Shown here piece after piece: positions 29,477 to 38,173 of a DNA stretch of 64,000 bases. Below the pieces are notes generated by a model, which had not been told where the DNA came from, did not search any database, and worked only from the letters and a program-made list of their open reading frames with translations. Where the stretch lies: IMG/VR virus record IMGVR_UViG_3300038463_000730, positions 310,001-374,000 of that record. The stretch is one strand, 5' to 3'. The number at the start of each line of letters is the position of its first letter. The first letter of the stretch is position 1. The position numbers were made by a program, and so were the translations under genes.

Positions 29477-29555
29477 GTACTATGAGCTGTATCGTTTTTC
29501 ATTGCTACCGCTCCTGACCACATTACATTCATTCGTTATCCTATAGTTTACTCTG

Positions 29556-29631
29556 CTCCGGATCCAGGACTTGAACCTGGAAAAGACCCTGATTCAGAAT
29601 CAGGCGGGTCTGCCAATTCCCCCAATCCGGA
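29556..29631 (-). tRNA. trnQ: tRNA-Gln(CTG)
   Basis: TCCGGAT/ATCCGGA acceptor; CCTGA-TT-CTG-AA-TCAGG. Confidence 0.88.
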
Positions 29632-29664
29632 ATGTGGTTAGTATATATCGTGATTTGCCCATGT

Positions 29665-29880
29665 TTAGCGCATGACTAAAGCCTTAGTTATTCTGGCGAA
29701 TAAGTTGGCCATTTGCGGCAGCACGTGAATCGGAATATCGATCGGTGATCCTAGCGATGTCCAAGTGTGAGGCACGAAACTCACATCACGCCAAATCTTC
29801 ACCCAATTGTCTTCTATCGAAAAACATAGCCGGAAAACAGAACTTGTTTTTGATTCTACATATTCAAGATAATAAGTCAT
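29665..29880 (-). CDS. hypothetical protein (shared C-terminal motif)
   Basis: Start at ATG 29880; ends RITKALVMR. Confidence 0.55.
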   Translation of the reverse strand: MTYYLEYVESKTSSVFRLCFSIEDNWVKIWRDVSFVPHTWTSLGSPIDIPIHVLPQMANLFARITKALVMR

Positions 29881-29919
29881 TGGCACCAAGTAATCAACCA
29901 CCTGCCCTGTAGGCTGGCG

Positions 29920-30042
29920 TCACATAGGGCTTGCGCCCGCTCCACTATCAGAAACGATAAAAACGATAGCTTCATTGCTTAGGTCGATTAGCTTGGCCTG
30001 ACAGGCGCTTTCGCACCTGTAGCGACTAAGCGCCGCTACACC
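29920..30042 (-). ncRNA. candidate small structured RNA
   Basis: Intergenic hairpins caggtgc-GAAA-gcgcctg, gggc-GCAA-gccc, TGTAGCGGC/GTCGCTACA, GCTATCG/TGATAGT. Confidence 0.4.
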
Positions 30043-30044
30043 GT

Positions 30045-30449
30045 TCAACTTCGTTGCCGCTGACCCGGAATAGCATTCCCGAACTTCTTCTGAAGTCGGA
30101 GATACTCTTCCATTTCAAAGTCCTCTTCCTCTTGTCTTTTTTTCTGCTCTTCTATCGCTTGCTTCTCTTTGTGTTTCCGTATCTTTGCTTCGGACCACGG
30201 TTTGATTCCCGTGACCTCTAGCTGACTGTATGGATCATCTCCGTACCCGCTCTGCTCGACAAGTTCAACAGTTACACTCTCAAGTCCCTTGACGAAATCC
30301 TCCATCTCCTTCAGCTGCCCGGTCAATCCAGACCTATACGCTTCCCAAGTAATCGGGTTGCAAGGACTAACGACGATCAAGTCAAACGTTTGTTTACAGC
30401 GATCGAAATACTCTGGAGCTTTCTGGAATGGTTTCTTCATAGCATGCAT
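30045..30449 (-). CDS. hypothetical protein
   Basis: 134 aa, charged C-terminal helix. Confidence 0.65.
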   Translation of the reverse strand: MHAMKKPFQKAPEYFDRCKQTFDLIVVSPCNPITWEAYRSGLTGQLKEMEDFVKGLESVTVELVEQSGYGDDPYSQLEVTGIKPWSEAKIRKHKEKQAIEEQKKRQEEEDFEMEEYLRLQKKFGNAIPGQRQRS

Positions 30450-30706
30450 TTTAGTTTTAACAGCTCGTTCAATTTGCGAACCGCCACTGCTTTATATCGG
30501 AACAAATGGAAGTTTTTAATATCACCATCTGACAAATAGAAAACGAGCGGTTTACCTACGGCGTGCAAATGGCGAGTTTGTCGCGGACAACCGAAATGAA
30601 TAGTCTTTGTCTTTATCTGACAAAGTTGAAACTGAAGCGAAGTCGAATGATTGATAAACTCTGTTGGCTTCAGGATCGCAAAACGATACCAACTAAGGTT
30701 GCGCAT
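30437..30706 (-). CDS. hypothetical protein (shared C-terminal motif)
   Basis: Start at ATG 30706; ends ELLKLKCML; stop overlaps next ATG (ATGA). Confidence 0.5.
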   Translation of the reverse strand: MRNLSWYRFAILKPTEFINHSTSLQFQLCQIKTKTIHFGCPRQTRHLHAVGKPLVFYLSDGDIKNFHLFRYKAVAVRKLNELLKLKCML

Positions 30707-30947
30707 CGACCCATGCTGTACCGGTAGCCGGAGGCGCAGGTTGGGGGCCAGCATCCCCAGGTGTTGCATCTCCTGACGTTGCATCGACAACGCTTACTGT
30801 TGCGTCATCTGGTCCGGCTTCATGTGAAATATGAAGGACCGGCGTATTTGGTTGCTGGGAAATACCCCAGAAACCAATCGACATGGCTCCGATCACGATC
30901 ACTGCAATCAGACCCTTAAGTCCCTTAGAAGAATTCGATGTAGTCAT
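30693..30947 (-). CDS. small membrane-anchored protein with DA(T/G) repeats
   Basis: TM helix then DDAT..DATSGDATPGDAGP. Confidence 0.55.
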   Translation of the reverse strand: MTTSNSSKGLKGLIAVIVIGAMSIGFWGISQQPNTPVLHISHEAGPDDATVSVVDATSGDATPGDAGPQPAPPATGTAWVDAQP

Positions 30948-30957
30948 TTTATCTTTC

Positions 30958-31755
30958 TCAAATGATAAGTGGTGCGTTCTTATTTCCGACGCCGTGAACT
31001 CCGACCCTGCACTCTATGTTCGCTGCAACTTTGATATTTGCTGAAGCATGAGTGTGACCGCTCAGCACGATCAAGTTACTTCTAACGTATCTCGACATCG
31101 TCTCTTCAATCATTTTTCCTAGTCCGATATTTGCGTTGTACGGTAGGAAGTAATGTTTGAAGAATGATTGCCGGTCTACCTCGGTAGACCATGGCGGAAC
31201 GTGTGTTACGAGGTAAACCGTTTTGTACCGTTCCAAAGCGTTGATAAGTTTTCCTTCCAGTTGTATGACAGATTGTTCAGCCAGACTGCGGAACCGATCA
31301 ATACATCGTGAAAAGGGCCACGTGCGAAGATCGTCGATAGCCATCCAATCCCCTGTGAGCACTGTAACATTCGGGTTCCCAATCGCGACATCATACCATC
31401 CGTCTGCGCCGATCAGACACGTATCATCCGTTATCTGTATTTGCTCATGATCCGTAAGCCAGCTAATGTGAGGATTTGCGTTACAAACTTCTCGTACGGT
31501 AGACTGCATCGTATCAAACGAATTGAACCAAGCATCATGATTGCCGCATACAATGTAAACCGGACAAAGTACATTATTAGCTAGATAGGTCAGATCGTTC
31601 AGAAGGTTCGAACCACTACTGATATCACCAGAAATTATGACTCCGGACGGAGCTTCTTTATGAATATGTTTGACTAAACGTTTCTTCGACCACGGCACAT
31701 AGTTAAGATGTGTATCAGTGAACCAGAGAAGACGCTTAGCAAAGTTCAAGTTCAT
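30958..31755 (-). CDS. calcineurin-like metallophosphoesterase
   Basis: DTH, GDIS, GNHD, THVPP, GHTH motifs. Confidence 0.9.
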   Translation of the reverse strand: MNLNFAKRLLWFTDTHLNYVPWSKKRLVKHIHKEAPSGVIISGDISSGSNLLNDLTYLANNVLCPVYIVCGNHDAWFNSFDTMQSTVREVCNANPHISWLTDHEQIQITDDTCLIGADGWYDVAIGNPNVTVLTGDWMAIDDLRTWPFSRCIDRFRSLAEQSVIQLEGKLINALERYKTVYLVTHVPPWSTEVDRQSFFKHYFLPYNANIGLGKMIEETMSRYVRSNLIVLSGHTHASANIKVAANIECRVGVHGVGNKNAPLII

Positions 31756-32252
31756 ACTTGAATAGATACAAGATTCTGCTTAGAAAGCCCGTGAATTTTG
31801 TCAAACAAATCTATGACGTTCCTCGGAACATGGACGTCCTGGGCTAACTTCAAGGCTTCGGCGTAAGTAACCCACTGGTGAGCATTGAACGATCCGTCTG
31901 TTTTCACGTCCCTCGAATCAGTCGTCGCCAAGAAACAGAAATTCATATGGACGCCTTTTATCCCGGTTTCGTGCTCTTCGTAACCTAGAAAGCCATCCGG
32001 CGTGCCCCGCGGCTCGAAAGCAATTTTCACGAACTCGCATTCCAAGCCGGTTTCCTCCATGACCTCTCGGCGACCGGCTTGCTGAGGCGTCTCACCATTC
32101 TCTAGTTCACCACCAACCGGAAGCCACAACCGAAGCTTCTTATGGTCAACTAAGAGGAATTTTCCGTCATTGTAAAGCATGACGGTTGACGAGAAAGCTC
32201 GTCGTTTGTTCTGGATAGCGTTGAAAAAGAAAGGTTCATGGCTCATGATCAA
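31752..32252 (-). CDS. Nudix hydrolase
   Basis: LPVGGELENGETPQQAGRREVMEETGL. Confidence 0.88.
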   Translation of the reverse strand: MIMSHEPFFFNAIQNKRRAFSSTVMLYNDGKFLLVDHKKLRLWLPVGGELENGETPQQAGRREVMEETGLECEFVKIAFEPRGTPDGFLGYEEHETGIKGVHMNFCFLATTDSRDVKTDGSFNAHQWVTYAEALKLAQDVHVPRNVIDLFDKIHGLSKQNLVSIQV

Positions 32253-32446
32253 CCTTGCTTTCCGACAACATTCCCGTCGTCGTCTAGGATTTCGACCTTG
32301 CCGTTCGGTCCCTTCCGCATTTTCGAGGCTTTCATAACCGTTTCCATTACTGGAACCTCCGTAACATACTGCACACCATTGTAATCGATGTATGTTGTAC
32401 GAACGAATCCTTCGACCAAATCTATTCTAACGACGTCAAGATGCAT
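32249..32446 (-). CDS. hypothetical protein
   Basis: 65 aa coupled ORF. Confidence 0.5.
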   Translation of the reverse strand: MHLDVVRIDLVEGFVRTTYIDYNGVQYVTEVPVMETVMKASKMRKGPNGKVEILDDDGNVVGKQG

Positions 32447-32504
32447 CGGTTTATCTCCTGCGGAGGCAAGAAGATTCCGAATGAATCGGTCGTCATCCGA
32501 TCCA

Positions 32505-32960
32505 TTAATTCAACAGCGCCTCTATATTATCCATGTATGAATAATAACCAAGTTGCTTTGCAGTCTTTTTACGATGACAATTTGCGCACAGCACTTGGCA
32601 TTTCTTCAATTCTTTCTGAATCGACAGCCATGTATGACAATATATTACGTCACTAATGTTGTACTTTTTGTTTCGCAAATGATCAAGCTCTAAAACTACT
32701 GGATTAGTCTCGCCGCACTTACAAGGATGATCACTTAAAAAGTTCCAAAGCAGTTTCATATTTTTGACTCGCAAAACCTTGCGGTACTGACGAGCTTTTA
32801 ATTTATATTGCTCGCGTTTCTTCTGATAACAATCACTTTGTTTCAAGTGCTGGCACGATTTGCAATCGGTCCTATACTTCTTACGAAGCTTGTCCTTCGT
32901 ATTAAATTCCTGTTCTAGTTCTTTATCTAGTTTGCAATTAGAACATTTACGTAATGGCAT
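32505..32960 (-). CDS. HNH endonuclease
   Basis: CSNC..CKSC; HPCKCGETNPVVLELDH...KCQVLCANCHRKKT. Confidence 0.82.
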   Translation of the reverse strand: MPLRKCSNCKLDKELEQEFNTKDKLRKKYRTDCKSCQHLKQSDCYQKKREQYKLKARQYRKVLRVKNMKLLWNFLSDHPCKCGETNPVVLELDHLRNKKYNISDVIYCHTWLSIQKELKKCQVLCANCHRKKTAKQLGYYSYMDNIEALLN

Positions 32961-33009
32961 ACAATGAATATACCAAGCGCGTTCAAATCGAAACGTTAGT
33001 TTGAACCTG

Positions 33010-33085
33010 TCGGGAAAATGAGATTTGAACTCATATTATGTACGCATCCGAAGCGTCTGCCATGGCCAGGTTAGGCGATTTCCCG
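33010..33085 (-). tRNA. trnP: tRNA-Pro(CGG)
   Basis: CGGGAAA/TTTCCCG acceptor; GACGC-TT-CGG-AT-GCGTA. Confidence 0.85.
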
Positions 33086-33192
33086 AAAATCAAATGTCAA
33101 GGCGAACCAATTATCCCCGAGGGGGTGGGTTCGAGCCGATGCGGCCTGGCGTGCTTGAAATTGTCGGGATAAGGGAATTCATTTTGGCTTTG

Positions 33193-33266
33193 TCGGTGAT
33201 AGAGGATTTGAACCTCTGGTCTTCTGCTCCCAAAGCAGACGCGATACCAGGCTTCGCTAATCACCG
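33193..33266 (-). tRNA. trnP: tRNA-Pro(TGG)
   Basis: CGGTGAT/ATCACCG acceptor; TCTGC-TT-TGG-GA-GCAGA. Confidence 0.93.
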
Positions 33267-33312
33267 GTAACAAAACCATATGTCAATATTCATATAACTC
33301 GTCAAGAATCGA

Positions 33313-33708
33313 TCAAGACATTACCCAAGCTTGGTCGATTCGCCGCAATCGAGCGAACAAAACAATCTCGTCGAACATTTTGTACAATTTACCTTTGCAG
33401 TAAATATACGTCTTTCGATTCTGAATATCATGCTTCACGCCAATAAAACGAAGCGAATACTCGGCAGTCAACAACGCGCCCCATCGATCTGATTTCAATG
33501 AATGATGGGTTCGTCCCGTCGATTCACAGAAGTACATCAAACCATCAAGCATCCCGCCGCCAAACTTACCGTCACCTTTGCGATCACGTGGACCGGCTGA
33601 CTTTACCGTCCTGTTATTGCAAACGGGACAAACTTTACCTGGTTCGTACCCAAGATGGACTGGTTGTTTTTTCGGCTGAACAACTCTAATAGGAGGCCAC
33701 GTTCTCAT
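33313..33708 (-). CDS. C3H-family hypothetical protein
   Basis: CPVC...C..HH; ends RIDQAWVMS. Confidence 0.6.
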   Translation of the reverse strand: MRTWPPIRVVQPKKQPVHLGYEPGKVCPVCNNRTVKSAGPRDRKGDGKFGGGMLDGLMYFCESTGRTHHSLKSDRWGALLTAEYSLRFIGVKHDIQNRKTYIYCKGKLYKMFDEIVLFARLRRIDQAWVMS

Positions 33709-33717
33709 ACATAAATG

Positions 33718-34059
33718 TCATTTCATTACCCAAATACGATCGAGTCTTCGAATCTCATCGTAATACATGATACGCTCGAACACTTTAACTGGCTCGTGAT
33801 AGTTTGTGTCCATCTCAGATTGCCCGTTGTCAAACACAGACGAGATCTTTTGACCATGAACGACGGTCACGGTAATGTGCTTCATGGCAAACTCTTCGAA
33901 CAACGCTCCCAGCCTGTTGTCCGTATAATAATGTGATTCGACACGTCCTCCGGCAGGACAGTACGCCGAAGTATCGTCGCCACGCACGATCAGACTTAGT
34001 TCGCAGATTGGACATATTCTAGGTAGCTTAGGTTGGAAAAGTTTCATCCCATTACCCAA
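33718..34059 (-). CDS. C3H-family hypothetical protein
   Basis: CPIC...C..SHY; ends RLDRIWVMK. Confidence 0.65.
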   Translation of the reverse strand: MGNGMKLFQPKLPRICPICELSLIVRGDDTSAYCPAGGRVESHYYTDNRLGALFEEFAMKHITVTVVHGQKISSVFDNGQSEMDTNYHEPVKVFERIMYYDEIRRLDRIWVMK

Positions 34060-34322
34060 TTACGATCCCATCGTAGGATCTCTTCGCCCGATACGATGCG
34101 TTTAATTGTTTTCAGTTTATGATTCTCTTTAACGGAATAAAACTTTGTCTCACACTTCTGGCGATCAACAACCACACGAACGTTGGACAGAATGTATTCT
34201 TCGCTCCAGTTATTTTTGGAGTAGTGAGTGTTGGCATAGGTAAATCCTGAACAGTATTCTACGCCACTCCACTTTTTTAGTTTCCATCCACATATCTTAC
34301 ACAGATTGAATAGTTCGTGCAT
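34044..34322 (-). CDS. C3H-family hypothetical protein
   Basis: CKIC...C..THY; ends RWDRNWVMG. Confidence 0.65.
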   Translation of the reverse strand: MHELFNLCKICGWKLKKWSGVEYCSGFTYANTHYSKNNWSEEYILSNVRVVVDRQKCETKFYSVKENHKLKTIKRIVSGEEILRWDRNWVMG

Positions 34323-34648
34323 TATTGCATTACCCAGGCTCGCTCGAATCGAAGTATCTCATCGTACGTCAGACATCGTTTTATATCCTTCAATGTCTTT
34401 TGTGCATCCTCATCTATGAATTCTGTTCTACTGTCATCATGTGACACAAGTACGGTAAAGTTACTTCCTAACCGGTAGAACTCACCTAACAACCTTCCAT
34501 TTTGCCACCACATATAGTAGTGAGCAGTAGTAGGCCCGGTATAGTTCGAACAGTACCGACGAAGGTCTGTCGAGGCTTCTCTCGAACGAATAAGCTTAAC
34601 TGTGCAAATCTTGCAGCGTTTCTGCATCTGGCTCATGCGAGGCTCCAC
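34322..34648 (-). CDS. C3H-family hypothetical protein
   Basis: CKIC...C..AHY; ends RFERAWVMQ. Confidence 0.65.
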   Translation of the reverse strand: MEPRMSQMQKRCKICTVKLIRSREASTDLRRYCSNYTGPTTAHYYMWWQNGRLLGEFYRLGSNFTVLVSHDDSRTEFIDEDAQKTLKDIKRCLTYDEILRFERAWVMQ

Positions 34649-34992
34649 GCATTGTCAAGACGACAGACCTCGTCACAAGTTAGAGCGTGAGTAAAAACCC
34701 GGAGCAATTCCTCTTTGCCACCATTAAGGTGGGAATAGATAGCTGTCCTGGTATTGTCGTCGTAGACGACCGCTCGAAAGTTTTTGAGTAGGTATTCCTC
34801 AACGACACAATCATCGTGAGAATCCCAGGTGAAAAAGTGGTAAAAACCGATTCTTTCGTCTGGACAGCGAAAGATTTGGTGAATCTGCGTGCCAAATAAA
34901 AGCCTCGTGTCTTCGACCAGGTCTTTCGAACAAATCGGGCATTTCAAACGTCCCATGAAAAGTGATGAAAGCTCCAGCGCAGAACTCGTCAA
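34633..34992 (-). CDS. C3H-family hypothetical protein
   Basis: CPIC...C..YHF; ends RLDNAWSLA. Confidence 0.6.
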   Translation of the reverse strand: MTSSALELSSLFMGRLKCPICSKDLVEDTRLLFGTQIHQIFRCPDERIGFYHFFTWDSHDDCVVEEYLLKNFRAVVYDDNTRTAIYSHLNGGKEELLRVFTHALTCDEVCRLDNAWSLA

Positions 34993-35060
34993 AACACCGA
35001 GAGATCATCGGTCCAGCTCGAAATCAGCCTTTTCCCACAGCCCTGTGGAGAAAAAAGTCT

Positions 35061-35089
35061 TTGACCAAAACAAAACGTAGGCGTAGGTT
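35061..35089 (+). promoter_or_regulatory. sigma70-type promoter
   Basis: TTGACC-17 bp-TAGGTT upstream of 35177. Confidence 0.5.
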
Positions 35090-35176
35090 CCGGCCCCTTC
35101 GCAGCACCGATGTTGCGAAACCGCCGCGACTTTGCGGCACGGCTGAAAAGCCACTACGTCAGAGGAGAAGGTCACC

Positions 35177-35755
35177 ATGGATCAAGCCGTGAAGAAGCAC
35201 GTCGAGTACGAGCGCACCATCGCCATGCTTCGCACCACCAAGAAGGCGGGCAAGCTGATCTCGATGCAGACCGCATTGAAGATCACCGGCACCACCAACG
35301 AGCCGGATCACCTCTATCACGCGGTTCGCCGCTCGATGGAGGAGGACAAGGCGGCGAATCGCCCGTTCATCGCGAGCTTCATCGTCGGGAACAACAACCA
35401 GCCCATTCCGCAATACTTCACAGTTGCGAAGGAGCTGGGTTACGACATCGGCAACACCAAGCAGTTCTGGCAGGAGCAGCTCCAGCAGCTCGGCGTCTCG
35501 AACGTCTCGAACATCATTCGGACGCTCAACTCGTCTGGCCGCAACCAGCCGCACCAGCAGCCGGGCCAGAACGGCAACGGCCACCGCCACGCCAACGACC
35601 CGTTCTCTTCGGAAACGAAGGGCTTCTACGGGAAGAACCTCACGTCGTCGGTGACGCCCGACAACTCCATCAGCCAGGACAACACCCGGACTCGTGGTCG
35701 TCGTGGCGGACGTGGGCGCTCGCGCTCGAACGGTCAGCAGCAGCCGGTCATCTGA
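35177..35755 (+). CDS. putative winged-helix-like nucleic-acid-binding protein with RGG-like tail
   Basis: GAGGAG RBS; very GC-rich codons; EEDKAANRPFIASFIV...YFTVAKELG...FWQEQ; tail RTRGRRGGRGRSR. Confidence 0.7.
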   Translation: MDQAVKKHVEYERTIAMLRTTKKAGKLISMQTALKITGTTNEPDHLYHAVRRSMEEDKAANRPFIASFIVGNNNQPIPQYFTVAKELGYDIGNTKQFWQEQLQQLGVSNVSNIIRTLNSSGRNQPHQQPGQNGNGHRHANDPFSSETKGFYGKNLTSSVTPDNSISQDNTRTRGRRGGRGRSRSNGQQQPVI

Positions 35756-35812
35756 GCGACGGGAAGGACTGACGCAGCCACGGACTTAGTCTAAGGCGCG
35801 AAGTTCGGCAAT

Positions 35813-35843
35813 AGGCCTGGGAGCGTAAGCTCCTGGGCTTTTT
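35813..35843 (+). terminator. intrinsic terminator
   Basis: AGGCCTGGGAGC-GTAA-GCTCCTGGGCTTTTT. Confidence 0.85.
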
Positions 35844-35854
35844 GCTTTTAACTC

Positions 35855-36178
35855 TCAGAGTAAGTTACGTAGCGACTTCCAATTACTACCAATGCGTCGA
35901 ACATCTTCGACCTTCATTCGAAACTGGTAGGTCATGCCATAGTTCTCTTCGCCGAACACGGTATAGAGTTTACCAAGTCGTACTCGAACATCAGGAAACA
36001 CAAACACTTCATAGATAGTCGTCTGCTCGCCAGAGCTGGACACGTTATGGTACGACTCATAGTCACCAGTCAAACATTGAAGCGCGACTACTCCGGTATT
36101 TGTTCCAACGGGAGGCTCGTTAAATACTTCCTTCAGTTTGGCATGGTGACAATTTGGACACGGTATATCTTCACTCAT
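35855..36178 (-). CDS. C3H-family hypothetical protein
   Basis: CPNC...C...YH. Confidence 0.55.
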   Translation of the reverse strand: MSEDIPCPNCHHAKLKEVFNEPPVGTNTGVVALQCLTGDYESYHNVSSSGEQTTIYEVFVFPDVRVRLGKLYTVFGEENYGMTYQFRMKVEDVRRIGSNWKSLRNLL

Positions 36179-36579
36179 TGCATCAACCTAATCGCTCGGG
36201 CTCGGCTTGAGGTTTCGTACCAAGCCTTACTCCAATGCGAGTAAATTGGTCTAATGATTGCCATGAACACTAGGAAGGCCAGTATAGCAAAAACTGCTAC
36301 CATCATAGTTATCAACACGGATTGACCCCAAGTACTCCATTTCAGATCATATCTGAATTGGAATGAGCGACTCGTGCAGATAGCTATGACGAGGGTCAGA
36401 AAGCTAAAGGCTCCGACTCCCGTCATTACAGCGGCAAGTATGCCAAGTACGGTCGCCAGCTCGCGTAATCCGGCCTTCGTAAACGAATCCCGGACTCCAA
36501 ACCAGGCGGATACGAAGAAGTAGAGAACGGCGCGCTTTAGGTGAATGAGAAAACGCCAGCACTTGAACAACCGGGCCAT
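36175..36579 (-). CDS. membrane protein
   Basis: Start moved to ATG 36579; 2-3 TM helices. Confidence 0.6.
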   Translation of the reverse strand: MARLFKCWRFLIHLKRAVLYFFVSAWFGVRDSFTKAGLRELATVLGILAAVMTGVGAFSFLTLVIAICTSRSFQFRYDLKWSTWGQSVLITMMVAVFAILAFLVFMAIIRPIYSHWSKAWYETSSRARAIRLMQ

Positions 36580-36624
36580 AAGGCTTGAGGGTGTTCTGTA
36601 CTGGCGTCTCGTCTTCTCGAATTG

Positions 36625-36710
36625 TGCCGAAGGTTGGACTCGAACCAACACAGACTTATTGTTTGCGGGGCATTTACAGTGCCTTGTACTCGCCAGTGTA
36701 CCGCCTCGGC
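36625..36710 (-). tRNA. trnY: tRNA-Tyr(GTA)
   Basis: GCCGAGG/CTTCGGC acceptor; CT-GTA-AA loop; long variable region. Confidence 0.88.
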
Positions 36711-36834
36711 ATTACGTAACCTTGAATATATCGTACTGAGAAGTAATTGTCCGGCGTCTCCCTGCTTCTTGGAATTCTTGTGTTCTGAAAGCTTCATCCC
36801 CGGAGAATCGTTTGATTCCCGGGGACTCGACACA

Positions 36835-36925
36835 GGAGATACAGTCGGAATTGAACCGCAGATAGTTCCTATCTCCTACCTTAGCCCAAGGTTAATACTC
36901 AGGCACCAGTGAGAACGCTGTAGTC
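36835..36925 (-). pseudogene. degenerate type-II tRNA-like sequence
   Basis: T-loop GG-TTCAATT-CC, variable hairpin AGATAG-GAA-CTATCT, ACCTT/AAGGT arm around GGGCT, partial acceptor TACAG/CTGTA. Confidence 0.4.
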
Positions 36926-36943
36926 ATCAGCTTCAATAAACCC

Positions 36944-37019
36944 TGGCGTCCCCAGCGAGATTTGAACTCGCGTTAGCGACGTGAAAAGCCGCGGTCCTAG
37001 GCCTCTAGACGATGGGGAC
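36944..37019 (-). tRNA. trnE: tRNA-Glu(TTC)
   Basis: GTCCCCA/TGGGGAC acceptor, TT-TTC-AC loop, encoded CCA. Confidence 0.95.
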
Positions 37020-37181
37020 GAATGATTCGGTTTCGATCAAATCCGAAACCTTTTCTTGGAGTCTTCGACGAATGCTGGGCTTTATGTGCCAGCTTCCTTT
37101 CGTTGAACTTTTTGCGACCTTTCGGTCCAAATCCGGGTGACACACGAGACAGTCACCATGCCCTGGGATTCGTTGACCCAT
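37005..37181 (-). CDS. small hypothetical protein (CxxC)
   Basis: MGQRIPGHGDCLVCHP...; overlaps tRNA-Glu 5' end by 15 nt. Confidence 0.4.
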   Translation of the reverse strand: MGQRIPGHGDCLVCHPDLDRKVAKSSTKGSWHIKPSIRRRLQEKVSDLIETESFVPIV

Positions 37182-37194
37182 TTGAATCTCCTGG

Positions 37195-37431
37195 TTAGAT
37201 GTCCATCGCGCATTCGTGTTTGCATTCACGACAGCAGTTGCATTGCCGATCGTTTCCGTTGATCTCAGAACTGAACGGGCACGAGTGTAGCACTGCTCCA
37301 GGTTCTCCGCACTTGCAATCGCCCAGATCATCGTCGTCAAGACAACGGACCTTCACGAGCGCCGGTAGCGTAAACTTCGGCGTCTTGGGTTTCGGTTTAT
37401 TGAAACGTGTACATTTGGGGCGGAGACTCAT
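37195..37431 (-). CDS. Cys-rich small protein
   Basis: CKCG...HSCPF...CNCCRECKHEC. Confidence 0.65.
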   Translation of the reverse strand: MSLRPKCTRFNKPKPKTPKFTLPALVKVRCLDDDDLGDCKCGEPGAVLHSCPFSSEINGNDRQCNCCRECKHECAMDI

Positions 37432-37664
37432 TTGAATACTCTGATTCGATTAAGTATTGGTAAGAACTGTGGAAAACTAATTTCGATTACAAGTCCCAAC
37501 TTACGGAAATGGTTGGGAGACCACTTGATCTGGTGGCAGATGTAATCACGTACTGCTTTCGGATCATCTTTACGACTAAAAATTTCTTCATAGTAACCTT
37601 CATAAGTTAAGTCCAGACCTCCCATGGCTTTCAAGTTGGTCTCGAAGAACTCTTCCAAGTTCAT
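37428..37664 (-). CDS. hypothetical protein
   Basis: 78 aa; ends LNRIRVFK. Confidence 0.55.
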   Translation of the reverse strand: MNLEEFFETNLKAMGGLDLTYEGYYEEIFSRKDDPKAVRDYICHQIKWSPNHFRKLGLVIEISFPQFLPILNRIRVFK

Positions 37665-37778
37665 TTCATTATTCTCGCGGCGCGATAAATCGGAAGATTG
37701 TAACAGAGCTGTAATATTTCGTCACTGTCCATGGATATGGACCACTTCCATTATTTCTCTTGATCGAAATATGCATTG

Positions 37779-37851
37779 CTCCGGGTGCAGGGATCGAACC
37801 TGCGACCTATCGGTTAACAGCCGATCGCTACTACCTCTGAGCTAACCCGGA
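37779..37851 (-). tRNA. trnN: tRNA-Asn(GTT)
   Basis: TCCGGGT/ACCCGGA acceptor; ATCGG-CT-GTT-AA-CCGAT. Confidence 0.93.
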
Positions 37852-38066
37852 ATGAAACTTTTACTAGACATGACCCAAGCCATTCCTGGAACATGCTGAA
37901 TATGAACTCCGAAAAACTTAAGGATCAAACAAAACACGAAAAGCATTACCAATACATTAATTGCCCAACGAATCTTTTCATCGATCCATCCGCAAAACTT
38001 ATTGAAGAAAGCTAACACGACACCAATTATCACGAGATAGAACAACAAACTCCAAATTGTAATCAT
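37842..38066 (-). CDS. small membrane protein
   Basis: Two TM helices; preceded by GATATAT motif. Confidence 0.6.
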   Translation of the reverse strand: MITIWSLLFYLVIIGVVLAFFNKFCGWIDEKIRWAINVLVMLFVFCLILKFFGVHIQHVPGMAWVMSSKSFIPG

Positions 38067-38088
38067 AATTTCTATATATCGTTACTAG

Positions 38089-38173
38089 CGGAATGTGAAG
38101 GATTCGAACCTCCGTGGGCTTTACGCCCGTCAGTTTAGCAAACTGATCCATTAAGCCACTCTGGCAACATTCC
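38089..38173 (-). tRNA. trnS: tRNA-Ser(GCT)
   Basis: GGAATGT/ACATTCC acceptor; TCAGT-TT-GCT-AA-ACTGA; long variable arm. Confidence 0.94.

Noticed and set aside
29920-30000. Twister ribozyme (CAAGC loop, AAUGAAGC segment)
   Set aside because: Required P2 and pseudoknot partner strands are missing; kept only as a generic structured element
36760-36870. Permuted (two-piece) tmRNA: TATCTCC could pair with downstream GGGGATG giving G3:U70
   Set aside because: Discriminator is U not A, T-arm spacing is off by 2 nt, no GG-TTCGAC 5' motif, and no tag ORF
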